DNA of 64,000 bases from Acidobacteriota bacterium (GTDB lineage Bacteria; Acidobacteriota; Vicinamibacteria; Vicinamibacterales; CAVVIG01). Every line of letters starts with the position of its first letter. Positions within the stretch are counted from its first letter, which is position 1. Below the pieces are notes generated by a model that worked only from the letters and a program-made list of their open reading frames with translations, searched no databases and was not told where the DNA came from. The stretch covers positions 3,868-67,867 of the forward strand of contig JANYHS010000147.1 of the NCBI GenBank assembly GCA_025358945.1. Direction: 5' to 3'. A program made the translations under genes and the position numbers. This document shows positions 44,915-56,311 of this stretch, piece after piece.

Positions 44915-47038
44915 CTATTCCGCTTTTGGCGCCGCCGCTGCTTCTTCTTGCAGCAGCACCTTCCGGCTCAGACGAATCTTGCCCGTCGGGTCGATCGCGA
45001 TCACCTTGACCATGAGCTGTTCGCCTTCTTTCAGCTCATCGCGCACGTCCTTCACGCGGTGGTTCGCGATTTCCGACACGTGGAGCAGGCCGTCGGTGCC
45101 GGGCATGATCTCGACGAACGCGCCGAAATCGGTGATGCGCTGGACCTTGCCCATGTAGGTCTTGTTGAGTTCGGGCGTGGCCGTCAGTTCCTGGATGATC
45201 GAGATCGCCTTGGCGGCGGATTCGCCGTCCGCCGACGCGACGTTGACGCGGCCGTCGTCCTCGACGTCGATCTTCACGCCGGTGCGCTCGATGATGCTGC
45301 GGATCATCTTGCCGCCCGGTCCGATGACGTCGCGGATCTTGTCCACCGGAATCCGGATGGTGACGATGCGCGGCGCGAACAGCGAGATGTTCGCGCGCGA
45401 TGCGCCGAGGGCTTCCTGCATCTTGCCGAGGATGTGCAGGCGGCCGTTGCGCGCCTGATCGAGGGCCTTGCGCATCACTTCGGTCGTGATGCCGCCGACC
45501 TTGATGTCCATCTGCAGCGCCGTGATGCCGTCAGCCGTGCCGGCGACCTTGAAGTCCATGTCGCCGTAATGATCTTCGGCGCCGGCGATGTCGGAGAGGA
45601 CGGCGTACTTGCCGCTTTTCTCGTCCATCACGAGCCCCATCGCGATGCCGGCGACCGCCTTGGCGAGTGGGACGCCGGCGTCCATCATCGCGAGCGATCC
45701 GCCGCACACCGAGGCCATCGACGAAGAGCCGTTGCTCTCGAGGATGTCCGAGACGATGCGCACGGTGTAGGGGAAGTCGGCTTCCGCCGGCATCAGCGAC
45801 GCCAGCGAGCGTTCGGCCAGCGCACCGTGGCCGATTTCGCGGCGGCCTGGGCCCGTCATGCGGCCCGTTTCACCGACCGAGAAGGGCGGGAAATTGTAGT
45901 GGAGCATGAAGCTCTTCCACGTCTCGCCCTCGAAGCTCTCGATCTTCTGCGCATCGTCGGCCGTGCCGAGCGTGCAGGTGACGAGCGCCTGCGTTTCGCC
46001 ACGGGTGAACACGGCCGAGCCGTGGACGCGCGGCAGGACGCCGGTCTCGATCCAGATGTTGCGGATCTCGTCGAACTTGCGGCCGTCGAGGCGCACGCCG
46101 TGGGTCAGCACCTCTTCGCGCAGGACCCGTTCCTTCAACTCGCCGAACACGACCTTGGCGTCGGCCTTCCGCTCCGCTTCGGTGTCGGGGTAGCTGGCGA
46201 CGAGGTCCTTCTTCACCTGATCGACGGTGCCGTAGTTCTCGAGCTTCTCGCGGATGCGCATCGCCGCCTGCAGCGGCTTGTAGACCTTGGCTTCAACGTC
46301 GGCCTCGATGCCGGCGGAGAGCGCCTTGACCGCGACGGTCATCTTCTTCTTGCCGCATTCCTTGGCGAGGTCGTCGATCACCGCAACGATCTGCTTGATC
46401 GCGGCGTGCGCCGTGTTCAGCGCGGTGACGACCTGCTCCTCGGACACTTCCTTGGCGCCGGCCTCGACCATCACCAGGCCGTCGTTGCTGCCGACGACGA
46501 TCAGGTCGAGCTTGCTCTCTTTGCGCTGCTTGTAGGTCGGGTTGACGACGTAATGGCCGTCGACCAGGCCCATGCGGACCGCGGCGATCGTCTTCTCGAA
46601 CGGCATGTCGGAGAGCGCCAGTGCGACCGAGGCGCCGGTAATCGCCAACACGTCGGTGTCGTTCGCCTGGTCGGAGGACAGCACGAGCGCGATGATCTGC
46701 GTCTCGTAGCGCCAGCCGGCCGGGAACAACGGCCGCGTCGGGCGGTCGATCATCCGGCTGGTCAGCACTTCTTTCTCCGCCATCTTGCCTTCGCGCTTGA
46801 AGAAGCCGCCGGGGATGCGCCCCGATGCGTAGGTGTATTCGCGGTAGTCGACGGTCAGCGGGAGGAAGTCGATTCCCTCGCGCGGGTTAGCCGAGTGGCA
46901 CGCCGTGACCAGGACCATCGAGTCGCCGAGGCGAACGATGACCGAGCCGTGCGCCTGCTTGGCGAGCTTGCCGGTTTCGAACCGGAGGGTGTTTTGTCCG
47001 ACGGAGATTTCACGCGTATGCATTAGTTGAGGGCTCAC
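44915..47038 (-). CDS. pnp: polyribonucleotide nucleotidyltransferase (PNPase)
   Basis: 707-aa ORF with two RNase PH domains, KH and S1 domains, and the N-terminus ...[15 protein letters not shown]. The start is either GTG 47038 (GTGA overlap with the rpsO stop) or ATG 47023. Confidence 0.97.
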   Translation of the reverse strand: MSPQLMHTREISVGQNTLRFETGKLAKQAHGSVIVRLGDSMVLVTACHSANPREGIDFLPLTVDYREYTYASGRIPGGFFKREGKMAEKEVLTSRMIDRPTRPLFPAGWRYETQIIALVLSSDQANDTDVLAITGASVALALSDMPFEKTIAAVRMGLVDGHYVVNPTYKQRKESKLDLIVVGSNDGLVMVEAGAKEVSEEQVVTALNTAHAAIKQIVAVIDDLAKECGKKKMTVAVKALSAGIEADVEAKVYKPLQAAMRIREKLENYGTVDQVKKDLVASYPDTEAERKADAKVVFGELKERVLREEVLTHGVRLDGRKFDEIRNIWIETGVLPRVHGSAVFTRGETQALVTCTLGTADDAQKIESFEGETWKSFMLHYNFPPFSVGETGRMTGPGRREIGHGALAERSLASLMPAEADFPYTVRIVSDILESNGSSSMASVCGGSLAMMDAGVPLAKAVAGIAMGLVMDEKSGKYAVLSDIAGAEDHYGDMDFKVAGTADGITALQMDIKVGGITTEVMRKALDQARNGRLHILGKMQEALGASRANISLFAPRIVTIRIPVDKIRDVIGPGGKMIRSIIERTGVKIDVEDDGRVNVASADGESAAKAISIIQELTATPELNKTYMGKVQRITDFGAFVEIMPGTDGLLHVSEIANHRVKDVRDELKEGEQLMVKVIAIDPTGKIRLSRKVLLQEEAAAAPKAE

Positions 47039-47301
47039 TTACGGATGTTCAAACGCTTGATCAGATCGGAATAGCGGTGCGCGTCCTTGCCCTTGAGGTA
47101 ATCGAGCAGGCGGCGGCGCTTGCCGACCAGCATCAGCAGACCGCGGCGCGAGTGGTGGTCTTTGGCGTGGGTCTTGAAGTGTTCGGTCAGGTAGTTGATC
47201 CGTTCGCTGAGAATCGCGACCTGGACCTCGGGGGAGCCGGTATCGGCGTCGTGTGTTTTGTAGCTGCCGATGAGTTCTGTCTTGCGATCTTTGCTGAGCA
47301 C
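47035..47301 (-). CDS. rpsO: 30S ribosomal protein S15
   Basis: 88 aa. Contains [48 protein letters not shown]. Confidence 0.95.
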   Translation of the reverse strand: MLSKDRKTELIGSYKTHDADTGSPEVQVAILSERINYLTEHFKTHAKDHHSRRGLLMLVGKRRRLLDYLKGKDAHRYSDLIKRLNIRK

Positions 47302-47404
47302 CTGGGCTTGTCCTCCACGAACGCCCCAGAACAGCCTTGTTGAAGGTCTGATCCGAGCGCGCCGTATATGTCGAAAAAATCGTTAGTCGAGCAAGAGCAA
47401 CATG

Positions 47405-48544
47405 TTACACCAGAACAACGGAGGGATGCAAAAGACCGCCAGCACCCACCGGCCGGCCGATGGCGATGAGGTTTCCGGCCGGATCGAGGAGTCGGACGAT
47501 GGGGTGCGGGGTCACAACGGAGGGCTGAAACGAAGGCTCAGGGCTCAGGGCTGAGGGCTCAGTCATCGACCGGTCGCGGGGATCGATATCGCGACCGTGG
47601 GTTACGCGCTCGACGCCGGACGCGGTCAGGACGATAGCCGCCACGTCCAGCAGCATGCCGGCCAAAGGCACGACTGCCGCCGCGGCGCCGGCCGGGTCGC
47701 GCTCCGCCGCGTCTAGGGTGATGGCGTGATCCAACCCGAAGCCGCCGGTGCGCGTCCGCCGCAGCGCCGCCAGGTGGCCGCCGATCCCGAGCCGCTCGCC
47801 GAGGTCGTGCGCCAGCGAGCGCACATAGAAGCCGGCGGAGCAGTCCAGACTGAGCGTCACCTGATCGCCATCCACGCTCACGATGCGGATGGCATGGGTG
47901 GTGACGCTTGCGGGAGCGGGCAGGGCAGGTGGGTCGGGTAGGTCACGTGGGTCTAGTGGGTCACGTGGGTCTAGTGGGTCTAGTGGGTCACGTGGGTCTA
48001 GTAGGTCACGTGGGTCTAGTAGGTCACGTGGGTCACGTGGGTCTGGTAGGTCACGTGGGTCACGTGGGTCTGGTAGGTCACGTGGGTCGGGTCCGTCGTC
48101 GCGCGAAGGCTTCATTCGAGCGTCCTTGCGCGCGCGCGCGAGCTTGTAGCTGCGCTGCCCGTCGATCTTTTTCGCCGAGAACGCCGGCGGCCGCTGCATG
48201 AACGTGCCCCGAAACGCGTCGAGCGCGGCGTCGATCTCGCCGCGCGACGGCATCGGGCTTTCGCTGATCGGGCCGATCGCCTGTCCCAGCGCGTCCGCCG
48301 TGTCGGTCGCGAATCCGAGGCGCACCACGGCGTCGTACGACTTATCGCTGGCCGTCAGGAACTTCGCGAGGCGTGTCGCCTTGCCGAGGACGAGGAGCAG
48401 CACGCCGGTGGCCATGGGATCGAGAGTCCCGGTATGGCCGATCGCCTTCTCGCGCAGCACCCGCCGCATCCGCGCCACCACGTCGTGTGACGTAGGGCCT
48501 TGCGGCTTGTCAACGACGAGCAGGCCGTCCATCGATCGCGCCAT
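47405..48544 (-). CDS. truB: tRNA pseudouridine(55) synthase TruB, carrying a repeat-encoded insertion
   Basis: [17 protein letters not shown]...[19 protein letters not shown] with the catalytic Asp, and a C-terminal PUA-like region. 54 aa of (DPR/DLP/DLL/DPL) repeats are inserted after KLARA. Confidence 0.9.
   Translation of the reverse strand: MARSMDGLLVVDKPQGPTSHDVVARMRRVLREKAIGHTGTLDPMATGVLLLVLGKATRLAKFLTASDKSYDAVVRLGFATDTADALGQAIGPISESPMPSRGEIDAALDAFRGTFMQRPPAFSAKKIDGQRSYKLARARKDARMKPSRDDGPDPRDLPDPRDPRDLPDPRDPRDLLDPRDLLDPRDPLDPLDPRDPLDPRDLPDPPALPAPASVTTHAIRIVSVDGDQVTLSLDCSAGFYVRSLAHDLGERLGIGGHLAALRRTRTGGFGLDHAITLDAAERDPAGAAAAVVPLAGMLLDVAAIVLTASGVERVTHGRDIDPRDRSMTEPSALSPEPSFQPSVVTPHPIVRLLDPAGNLIAIGRPVGAGGLLHPSVVLV
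47535..47562. repeat. 4 x heptamer GGCTSAG tandem array inside the truB 3' region
   Basis: ggctcag ggctcag ggctgag ggctcag, with degenerate copies from 47521. Encodes ...[10 protein letters not shown]... Confidence 0.8.
47932..48093. repeat. 18 x 9-nt in-frame tandem repeat (GGTCACGTG / GGTCTAGTR / GGTCTGGTA units)
   Basis: Read directly from the sequence: 18 contiguous 9-mers, about half containing the CACGTG palindrome. Confidence 0.95.
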
Positions 48545-49493
48545 CGAGTTGCCTAGCGAGCGTGGTCTGCAGCTCGTCGAGCGCGCCGGTCAGCGTGCAG
48601 CCCGAGGCATTTTTGTGGCCGCCTCCGCCGTACGCCTTCGCGATCGCGTTGACGTCGATGTCGCCCTTCGACCGCAGGCTGACGCGGTACTCGTTGCCCT
48701 GTTCCTGCTTGAAGAACACGGACGCGACGATGTTCTTCACGGTCAGCGGCATGTTGACGAGGCCTTCGGTGTCCTCGTAGGTGCCGCCGGCGGCCAGCGT
48801 CATCTCGTGATCCACGTGCAGCGTCGCGATGCGGCCGCTCGGGTCGATCTGCATCAGGTTCAGCACGGCGCCGAACAGCTTCAGCCGTCCCAGATTGTTG
48901 CTGTCGAAGACCATCCGCGCGACCTGGGCCGGATCGACGCCGGCCTCGAGACACTCGCGGCAGATGTCGAACGTCCGCGCCGACATGCTCGAATAGTGAA
49001 ACGATCCCGTGTCGGTCAGGATCGCAAGGTAGATGTGGGTCGCGATCGTCTTTGACAATGGCACGTCGAGCGCGCGCACCACCTCGTAGACCATCTCGGC
49101 GCATGCGGCCGCGCCGGCGTTGAACCAGTTGATCTGGCCGAATCCGGTGTTGCCCGGGTGATGATCGATGTTGATGACGAAGAAGCGCTCGAGGCCCGTG
49201 ACGCCGGTGCGCTTGAGGTCGCCGCACTCCATGATGATCGCCGCATCGAAGTCGCCGTCAGCGCTCGTGGCAATGCGGATCTCGGGCACGCCGGGGAACG
49301 CCATCAGCGGAGGCGGCGCCGGGTCGGCGTTGACCACCGTCACCTCTTTGCCCATCGCCTGCAGCGCGTAGGCCATCGCGAGCTGCGATCCGATCGAGTC
49401 GCCGTCGGGCCGGGAGTGGGAGGACAGCACGAACCGCCGGCGCGCGCACAGGGCCTCGACGATCTGCAGAATCTCAGGACTGGTCGTCGTCAT
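48510..49493 (-). CDS. nrnA: DHH/DHHA1 phosphoesterase, NrnA-type oligoribonuclease/pAp phosphatase
   Basis: Motifs SHSRPDGDSIGS, DHHPGN and GGGHKNASG. Located between rbfA and truB. Overlaps the truB start by 35 nt. Confidence 0.8.
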   Translation of the reverse strand: MTTTSPEILQIVEALCARRRFVLSSHSRPDGDSIGSQLAMAYALQAMGKEVTVVNADPAPPPLMAFPGVPEIRIATSADGDFDAAIIMECGDLKRTGVTGLERFFVINIDHHPGNTGFGQINWFNAGAAACAEMVYEVVRALDVPLSKTIATHIYLAILTDTGSFHYSSMSARTFDICRECLEAGVDPAQVARMVFDSNNLGRLKLFGAVLNLMQIDPSGRIATLHVDHEMTLAAGGTYEDTEGLVNMPLTVKNIVASVFFKQEQGNEYRVSLRSKGDIDVNAIAKAYGGGGHKNASGCTLTGALDELQTTLARQLDGAIDGRPARR

Positions 49494-49875
49494 CGGGTGT
49501 GGGGGGCAAAGTCACGGGTCCGCCGGCGCCGCCGGCGCGGATGTCGTTGAGGAGTTGTTCGATCCGGTCCTGACCGGCAATCGACTCGTCGTAGATGAAA
49601 TCGAGTTCGGGCACGCGCTTCAGTCGCAGGCGCGATCCGATCTGGCGGCGCAGGAACACGCGGGCGCGATCGAGCGCCTTGGCCGTATTGACGCGGGTCT
49701 TGTCGTCGCCGAGTGCGGTGTAGTGGATGCGGGCGTGCTGGAGATCGGGCGTGACGGTGACGCGGGTAATCGTCACGAATCCGATGCCGGGATCGTGTAC
49801 GTCGCGCGCGAGCATCGACGCCACTTCACCCCGGATCTGATCGGCGACGCGGTCTGGACGGGAACCCTGGGACAT
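49474..49875 (-). CDS. rbfA: ribosome-binding factor A
   Basis: 133 aa. RVADQIRGEVASMLARDVHDPGIGFVTITRVTVTPDLQHARIHY. Its ATG overlaps the infB TAA (TAATG). The 502-aa extension in the ORF track was rejected. Confidence 0.9.
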   Translation of the reverse strand: MSQGSRPDRVADQIRGEVASMLARDVHDPGIGFVTITRVTVTPDLQHARIHYTALGDDKTRVNTAKALDRARVFLRRQIGSRLRLKRVPELDFIYDESIAGQDRIEQLLNDIRAGGAGGPVTLPPTPDDDDQS

Positions 49876-52715
49876 TACGCGATTGTCAGCACGCGCTCCA
49901 TCGCGAAGACCTCGATCATGTCGCCGACTTTGAGGTCGTTGAACTTGTCGAAGCCGATGCCGCACTCGAAGCCGGACTTGACCTCGCCCACGTCGTCCTT
50001 GAAACGGCGCAGCGATCCGATCTTGCCCTCGTAGATCATCACGTTGTCGCGGAGCAGGCGCGCCTGGGTGTCGCCTGCGCGGGTGATGCGTCCCTCGCGG
50101 ACCATGCAGCCGGCGATGGTGCCGAACTTCGGCACCTTGAAGATGTCGCGCACTTCTGCGATGCCAATCCGGACTTCCTTGAAGGTCGGATCGAGCAGGC
50201 CCGTCATGGCCTTCTTCATTTCGTCGGTGACGTGGTAGATCACCGAATGCTGGCGGATGTCGACCCGCTCGCGCGTGGCGATTTCCTCCGCGTTGCGATC
50301 CGGCTTGACGTTGAACGCGATGATGATCGCCTTCGACGCCGACGCCAGCAGCACGTCCGACTCGGTCACGGCGCCGACACCCGCATGGATGATGCGGATC
50401 TTCACCTTCTCGTCGGTGAGCTTGGTCAGCGTGTCGGCCAGCACTTCCGCCGACCCCTGCACGTCGGTCTTGATGATCAGCGCCAGCTCCTTCATGCCGC
50501 CCTCGGCAATCTGGGCCTGCAGTGACTCGAGCGTGAGCCGTGAACCCTTCGCGCCGAGTGCGCGAGACTTCGACTGCTCTTCGCGGAACGTCGCAATGTG
50601 CCGCGCTTTCGCGGCGTCGGCGACCTGGAACACGTCGCCCGGCTGCGGCAGCCCGGAGAGGCCGAGCACTTCGACCGGCGTCGACGGCCCCGCGGTCTTG
50701 GTCGGTTTGCCGCGATCGTCGATCAGCGCCCGTACGCGGCCGACGATCGGGCCGGCGATGAACGTGTCGCCGACCGACAGCGTGCCGTCCTGCACGAGCA
50801 CGGTGGCAACCGGCCCGCGTCCCTTGTCCAGCTTGGCTTCGAGCACGGTGCCCGACGCGCTCCGCTTCGGATTGGCCTTGAGCTCGAGGATGTCGCTCGA
50901 GAGCAGAATCATTTCGAGCAGCGTGTCGATGCCCGTCTTCTGCCGCGCCGACACCTCGACGGTGACGGTCTGGCCGCCCCATTCTTCCGGCATCAGGCCG
51001 AGCTCGGTCAGCTCGCGCTTCACGCGTTCGGTCTGAGCGTTGGCCTTGTCGATCTTGTTGATCGCCACCACGATCGGCACGTTGGCCGCCTTGGCGTGAT
51101 CGATCGCTTCCTTCGTCTGCGGCATGACGCCATCGTCTGCCGCCACGACCAGGACCACGATGTCGGTGACCTTGGCGCCGCGGGCGCGCATCAACGTGAA
51201 CGCGGCGTGACCCGGCGTGTCGAGGAACACGATGTTCCGGCCGTTGATCGTGATGTGATAGGCGCCAATGTGCTGCGTGATCCCGCCCGCCTCGCGCTCC
51301 GCGACGCGCGTCGTGCGAATGGCGTCGAGCAGGCTCGTCTTGCCGTGGTCGACGTGACCCATGACGGTGACGACCGGCGCGCGCATGACGATGTCTTCCG
51401 CGCGCGACTCGCCTTCGTCGGCTTGCAGCAGCTCGTCTTCAAAGCTCTGCATCAGGACGTCGGCCCCGAACTCGCGCGCGACCATCGTCGCGGTGTCGGT
51501 GTCGAGCGCCGAGTTGATCGTCAGCATCAGCCGCTTCATCAGCAGCTTGGCGAGGACGTCCTTGACGCGGAGGTCGAGTTTGTCCGCGAGGTCCTTCACC
51601 GTCATGCCTTCGGCGAGCGTGATGGTCTTGGTGACCGGCGGCGGCGCAGACGCCATCGGCGGCGGCGCGGGCCGCGCGTGTTCACGCCGCTGCGCGGCGG
51701 CCGGACGTCCGGCCCCACCAGGCCTCTGCTGATACATCGGCCGCGACGGCATTCCCGGCCGCTGCGGATATGACGAACCGGGCCGCGGCGGCGCGCCAGG
51801 CTGCTGCGGACGCACCGGTTGCGAGGGCAGTGGACGCGGTCCACCCATCGGCGCGCGCGAACTCGGATACTGTGGACGCGGCTGACCCGGGATGCCGGGA
51901 CGCGGCGGACCGCCCGGGCGCATGCCGGGCGCGCCAGGAGCGCCGGCCGGGCGCGCGGCAACGGGAGCCACGGGCTTGGGCGGTGCGATCGGACGTTGCA
52001 CCGCGCGCGGCGGAGGCGTTGTCGGCAGCGGCTGCGTCGGTGTCGTGGGACGATCGGTTTCGATGCGCAGACGCAGCGTTGGCGGCACGATGCGGCCTGG
52101 CTCACGCCGCGGCGCGACCGGCGCAGAGGCCTGAGCAGGAAGCACTTCCTCGACAACCGGCTCGGGCTCAGGCACCGCGGGTGGGTGTTCGACCGGCGCC
52201 GAGCGTTTGATGTGCGCGTTGGGCGCCGGCGGCGGCGCTGTTTCGGTCTTCAGCCCACGCGTCGCGACGTGCGTCGGCTGACGCTCCACGACAGGCTCTC
52301 TGACTGGTTCTGGCAGGGCTTCCTCGATCGCCTCGTCGACGGCCTCTTCGACGGCCTCTTCGGGCTCGGCGATCGGCTCGGCCTCTGCGACCGGCGCGGC
52401 CTTTGCGGCCTTCACCAAGCGCGGCGGCGGCAGCATCGGCGCCACGGCCTTGGGCGGCTCGGGCGCTCTCTTGGCGGGCGCAGCGCCGCCCTTCTTGCCT
52501 TTGACCACCGGCGTCTCGGCAAACATGTGGGCCGCCGGCAGCGACACGTTACGCTGCTTCGCCAGGCGCTCCACGAACTGGCGCGCCACGACTTCCTCGA
52601 TCGTGCTCGAGGCGCTCTTGACCTCTATGCCGTGATCGCGCTTGAGCAGCGCCGTCACTTCCTGGCTCGTCGTGCCGAGAAGCTCAGCGATCTTGAAGAT
52701 CCGAACAGTTGCCAA
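49875..52715 (-). CDS. infB: translation initiation factor IF-2
   Basis: 946 aa with a Pro/Ala-rich N-region and a G-domain [17 protein letters not shown]...DTPGH...NKID. TTG start with a GAGG Shine-Dalgarno. Confidence 0.97.
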   Translation of the reverse strand: MATVRIFKIAELLGTTSQEVTALLKRDHGIEVKSASSTIEEVVARQFVERLAKQRNVSLPAAHMFAETPVVKGKKGGAAPAKRAPEPPKAVAPMLPPPRLVKAAKAAPVAEAEPIAEPEEAVEEAVDEAIEEALPEPVREPVVERQPTHVATRGLKTETAPPPAPNAHIKRSAPVEHPPAVPEPEPVVEEVLPAQASAPVAPRREPGRIVPPTLRLRIETDRPTTPTQPLPTTPPPRAVQRPIAPPKPVAPVAARPAGAPGAPGMRPGGPPRPGIPGQPRPQYPSSRAPMGGPRPLPSQPVRPQQPGAPPRPGSSYPQRPGMPSRPMYQQRPGGAGRPAAAQRREHARPAPPPMASAPPPVTKTITLAEGMTVKDLADKLDLRVKDVLAKLLMKRLMLTINSALDTDTATMVAREFGADVLMQSFEDELLQADEGESRAEDIVMRAPVVTVMGHVDHGKTSLLDAIRTTRVAEREAGGITQHIGAYHITINGRNIVFLDTPGHAAFTLMRARGAKVTDIVVLVVAADDGVMPQTKEAIDHAKAANVPIVVAINKIDKANAQTERVKRELTELGLMPEEWGGQTVTVEVSARQKTGIDTLLEMILLSSDILELKANPKRSASGTVLEAKLDKGRGPVATVLVQDGTLSVGDTFIAGPIVGRVRALIDDRGKPTKTAGPSTPVEVLGLSGLPQPGDVFQVADAAKARHIATFREEQSKSRALGAKGSRLTLESLQAQIAEGGMKELALIIKTDVQGSAEVLADTLTKLTDEKVKIRIIHAGVGAVTESDVLLASASKAIIIAFNVKPDRNAEEIATRERVDIRQHSVIYHVTDEMKKAMTGLLDPTFKEVRIGIAEVRDIFKVPKFGTIAGCMVREGRITRAGDTQARLLRDNVMIYEGKIGSLRRFKDDVGEVKSGFECGIGFDKFNDLKVGDMIEVFAMERVLTIA

Positions 52716-52728
52716 CAGTAACCTCTAT

Positions 52729-54153
<1,425 letters not shown>

Positions 54154-54156
54154 AAT

Positions 54157-54645
54157 CTAGAATTCCACTTCCAAATTCGCCCGCGTGATCGCGTCGAGCG
54201 GCACCCGGTGCGACCGTCCATCGTCGGCATCGATGAGCACATCGGTGCCGTCAACGCCGGCGAGCCGCCCTCTGAAAAATCCCTGGCCGTCCACCTTCTC
54301 GCGCATCACGATTTTCGCGAGGCGTCCGGTGAACCGGCGGTAGTCGTCCGGCCGGCGCAGCGGCCGATCCAGTCCGGGCGACGACACTTCCAACGTATAC
54401 GCGCTCGGCACCACCTCTTCGACGTCGAAGAGGGCGCTCAAATCGCGGCTCACGCTCGCGCAGTCGCCCACGCTTACGCTGTCTTCCTCCTTCGCGGCCG
54501 GACCCTGCCGGTCGAGCTGGATCCGCAGCACCATGCCGGGCGCTTCACGGCGGAACTGGACGTCGAAAATCTCCAGCCCGTATCCCGCCGCCACCCGCTC
54601 GGCGATGGCTCGCACCTTGTCGACGACGGTTTCAGCGCCCAACAC
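54157..54645 (-). CDS. rimP: ribosome maturation factor RimP
   Basis: 162 aa. VDKVRAIAERVAAGYGLEIFDVQF aligns with RimP N-termini. GTG start. First gene of the rimP-nusA-infB block. Confidence 0.85.
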   Translation of the reverse strand: MLGAETVVDKVRAIAERVAAGYGLEIFDVQFRREAPGMVLRIQLDRQGPAAKEEDSVSVGDCASVSRDLSALFDVEEVVPSAYTLEVSSPGLDRPLRRPDDYRRFTGRLAKIVMREKVDGQGFFRGRLAGVDGTDVLIDADDGRSHRVPLDAITRANLEVEF

Positions 54646-54655
54646 GCCCTTAAAC

Positions 54656-54679
54656 TAAAAAAGTGGGCACCTGCCCACT
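54656..54679 (-). terminator. canonical intrinsic terminator 10 nt upstream of the rimP start codon
   Basis: Minus strand AGTGGGCA-gg-TGCCCACT followed by TTTTT. A 7-bp GC-rich stem with a 4-nt loop. Confidence 0.7.
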
Positions 54680-54748
54680 CGGTCCTTACCAAAGGCCTTC
54701 GAATCCAAAATTATAGCACTGAAACGCCAGACGGCGGGTGAGGACCGG

Positions 54749-56311
54749 TTACCGAGCGGGCTTCCGGCCTGGCCGCATGCGGTAGACGCTCTCCGGGCCG
54801 GATTGTCCGAGCCATTCCAACTCGACCTGGGAGGGCAAGGCCGGGACGTGCACGGTTTCGCCCGCGTAGATCACGCACCGCTCCCCGCGCAAGATGGGGT
54901 CCAGTTCGACGGCCTGGCGGTTCGCCTTGCCGACGATCAATCCCCCTTCGTCAAAAAGGACTGCCGGGAATCGTTGCTCGATCTCCTCGCCGAAGAGCGC
55001 GTGCCCTTTGTAGAGCGCGCACAGGTTGCCCATCTGAAGCGCCGATGCCACGTTCGATGACCGCGCTACATAGATCGGGTCACACGGCCCCTGCCGCATC
55101 AGATCCTCGACCCGGCTGACTGCGCGCTCCTGGTCGATGCGCAGGGTCGTCAATCGGACCACCTCTGCCTGGATCAGCTCGCTCTGGCCGCCGACGATGA
55201 AGACCGCGACAACCACGGATGCCGGGACGAACCCTGACGGCGCACGCCCGCGGACATACCGGCCGACCATCCAGAGGGTCGCGCCGAGCGTGCAGTAGGT
55301 CGGGACGAGGTAGTGCGGATCGGCGTGTTTCGCCAGCGCGACGACGGCCGCCACCTGCATGGCCGCGAGCGCGCCCAATCCTCGTCGCGGCAGGCCACCT
55401 TCGCGTGGGCCATCGTCTATGCGCCAGACGACCCACGTGACCGCGCCCAACAGGATCACCGCTGTGCACACCGGCTCAGACAGAAGCAGAAACCTGAGCC
55501 CCGGCAGGTAGTGGTCGACGTCAACGACCGTGACGCTGCCGCTTCCGTAGTAACCGGAGTGGACACTGACCATCGCAATCCGTTTGACGAACGATGGCAG
55601 CTTGGTCAGCGCCGGTGAAAAGGCGGCGAGAAACGAGAAGATCGCGGCGATCATCATTCGCCGCCGGCTCTGCCAGTTGTCGAACAGGAGAAAGGCGCCC
55701 AGGGCGAGCGGCGCCGCTGCCACATGCAGCGTCCCCATCACGCCGGTGACCAGCCCGATCAGCAACGGGGCCGATCGGGTCGGTCGCTGGACGTACCCGA
55801 CCACCAGCGCGGTCCACAGCACCACTGTACCCGCCAGCAATGCCTCGATCCGGAGTCCGCCGCTGACGCTCACCGTCGTGAACGACAGCCAGGGGGAGGC
55901 CTGGACCAGCAATGCCGCCGTCAGCCCGGCGCGGCGCCACACCAGCACGCCCGCTGTTGCGATGAGCAGCGCCGACACGATCGCGGCCGTCCACTGAATC
56001 CCGGCGATGTACACCTCGGGCCGCATGACGACATCCAGCACCACGTGCCCGGCGCCGCTGACGGCGTAGATGATCGCGATGACGATCGCGCCGAGCGCTT
56101 TGAGCGGGATGCCTGGGTGGTCGATGTGAAACGGCGGGTAGCCTTTCAACATCGCCAGCGAGTTCATCAGGTAGACGTATTCGGGGTCGCTGTTGAACGC
56201 GAGCCACGCGGGTCCGCGGACGTGACGCAGCCAGGAGATGGTGACGAGAAAGGCGCACGGCGCGACGGCGAGGGCCAGTGGCGCGAACCAGCGCCCGCGG
56301 CCGTTCGTCAT
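54749..56311 (-). CDS. polytopic membrane protein, possibly GT-C (ArnT/PMT-like) glycosyltransferase
   Basis: 520 aa with about 11 TM helices and a first-loop SDPEYVYL motif resembling the GT-C Asp/Glu loop, plus a soluble C-terminal domain. ATGA overlap with the rimO stop. The 713-aa ORF extension was rejected. Confidence 0.45.
   Translation of the reverse strand: MTNGRGRWFAPLALAVAPCAFLVTISWLRHVRGPAWLAFNSDPEYVYLMNSLAMLKGYPPFHIDHPGIPLKALGAIVIAIIYAVSGAGHVVLDVVMRPEVYIAGIQWTAAIVSALLIATAGVLVWRRAGLTAALLVQASPWLSFTTVSVSGGLRIEALLAGTVVLWTALVVGYVQRPTRSAPLLIGLVTGVMGTLHVAAAPLALGAFLLFDNWQSRRRMMIAAIFSFLAAFSPALTKLPSFVKRIAMVSVHSGYYGSGSVTVVDVDHYLPGLRFLLLSEPVCTAVILLGAVTWVVWRIDDGPREGGLPRRGLGALAAMQVAAVVALAKHADPHYLVPTYCTLGATLWMVGRYVRGRAPSGFVPASVVVAVFIVGGQSELIQAEVVRLTTLRIDQERAVSRVEDLMRQGPCDPIYVARSSNVASALQMGNLCALYKGHALFGEEIEQRFPAVLFDEGGLIVGKANRQAVELDPILRGERCVIYAGETVHVPALPSQVELEWLGQSGPESVYRMRPGRKPAR

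Noticed and set aside
44912-47026. 704-aa plus-strand ORF opposite pnp
   Set aside because: Mirror frame of PNPase. The translation is low-complexity (R/D/H/A/L) with no recognisable domain, whereas the pnp frame is fully conserved.
47932-48093. Repeat block considered as a possible CRISPR array
   Set aside because: The units are 9 nt and contiguous with no spacers. They are in-frame within truB, and no cas genes are nearby.
49876-50982. Upstream extension of the rbfA frame (502-aa ORF). Analogous long N-terminal extensions occur for pilR (11017), the kinase (20632), pilW-like (22287), pilY1 (24835), the membrane protein (56890) and the nucleotidyltransferase (61713).
   Set aside because: The extensions overlap well-supported upstream genes in another frame and translate to Arg/Pro-rich nonsense. 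Internal starts give canonical N-termini and 1-4 nt coupling overlaps.
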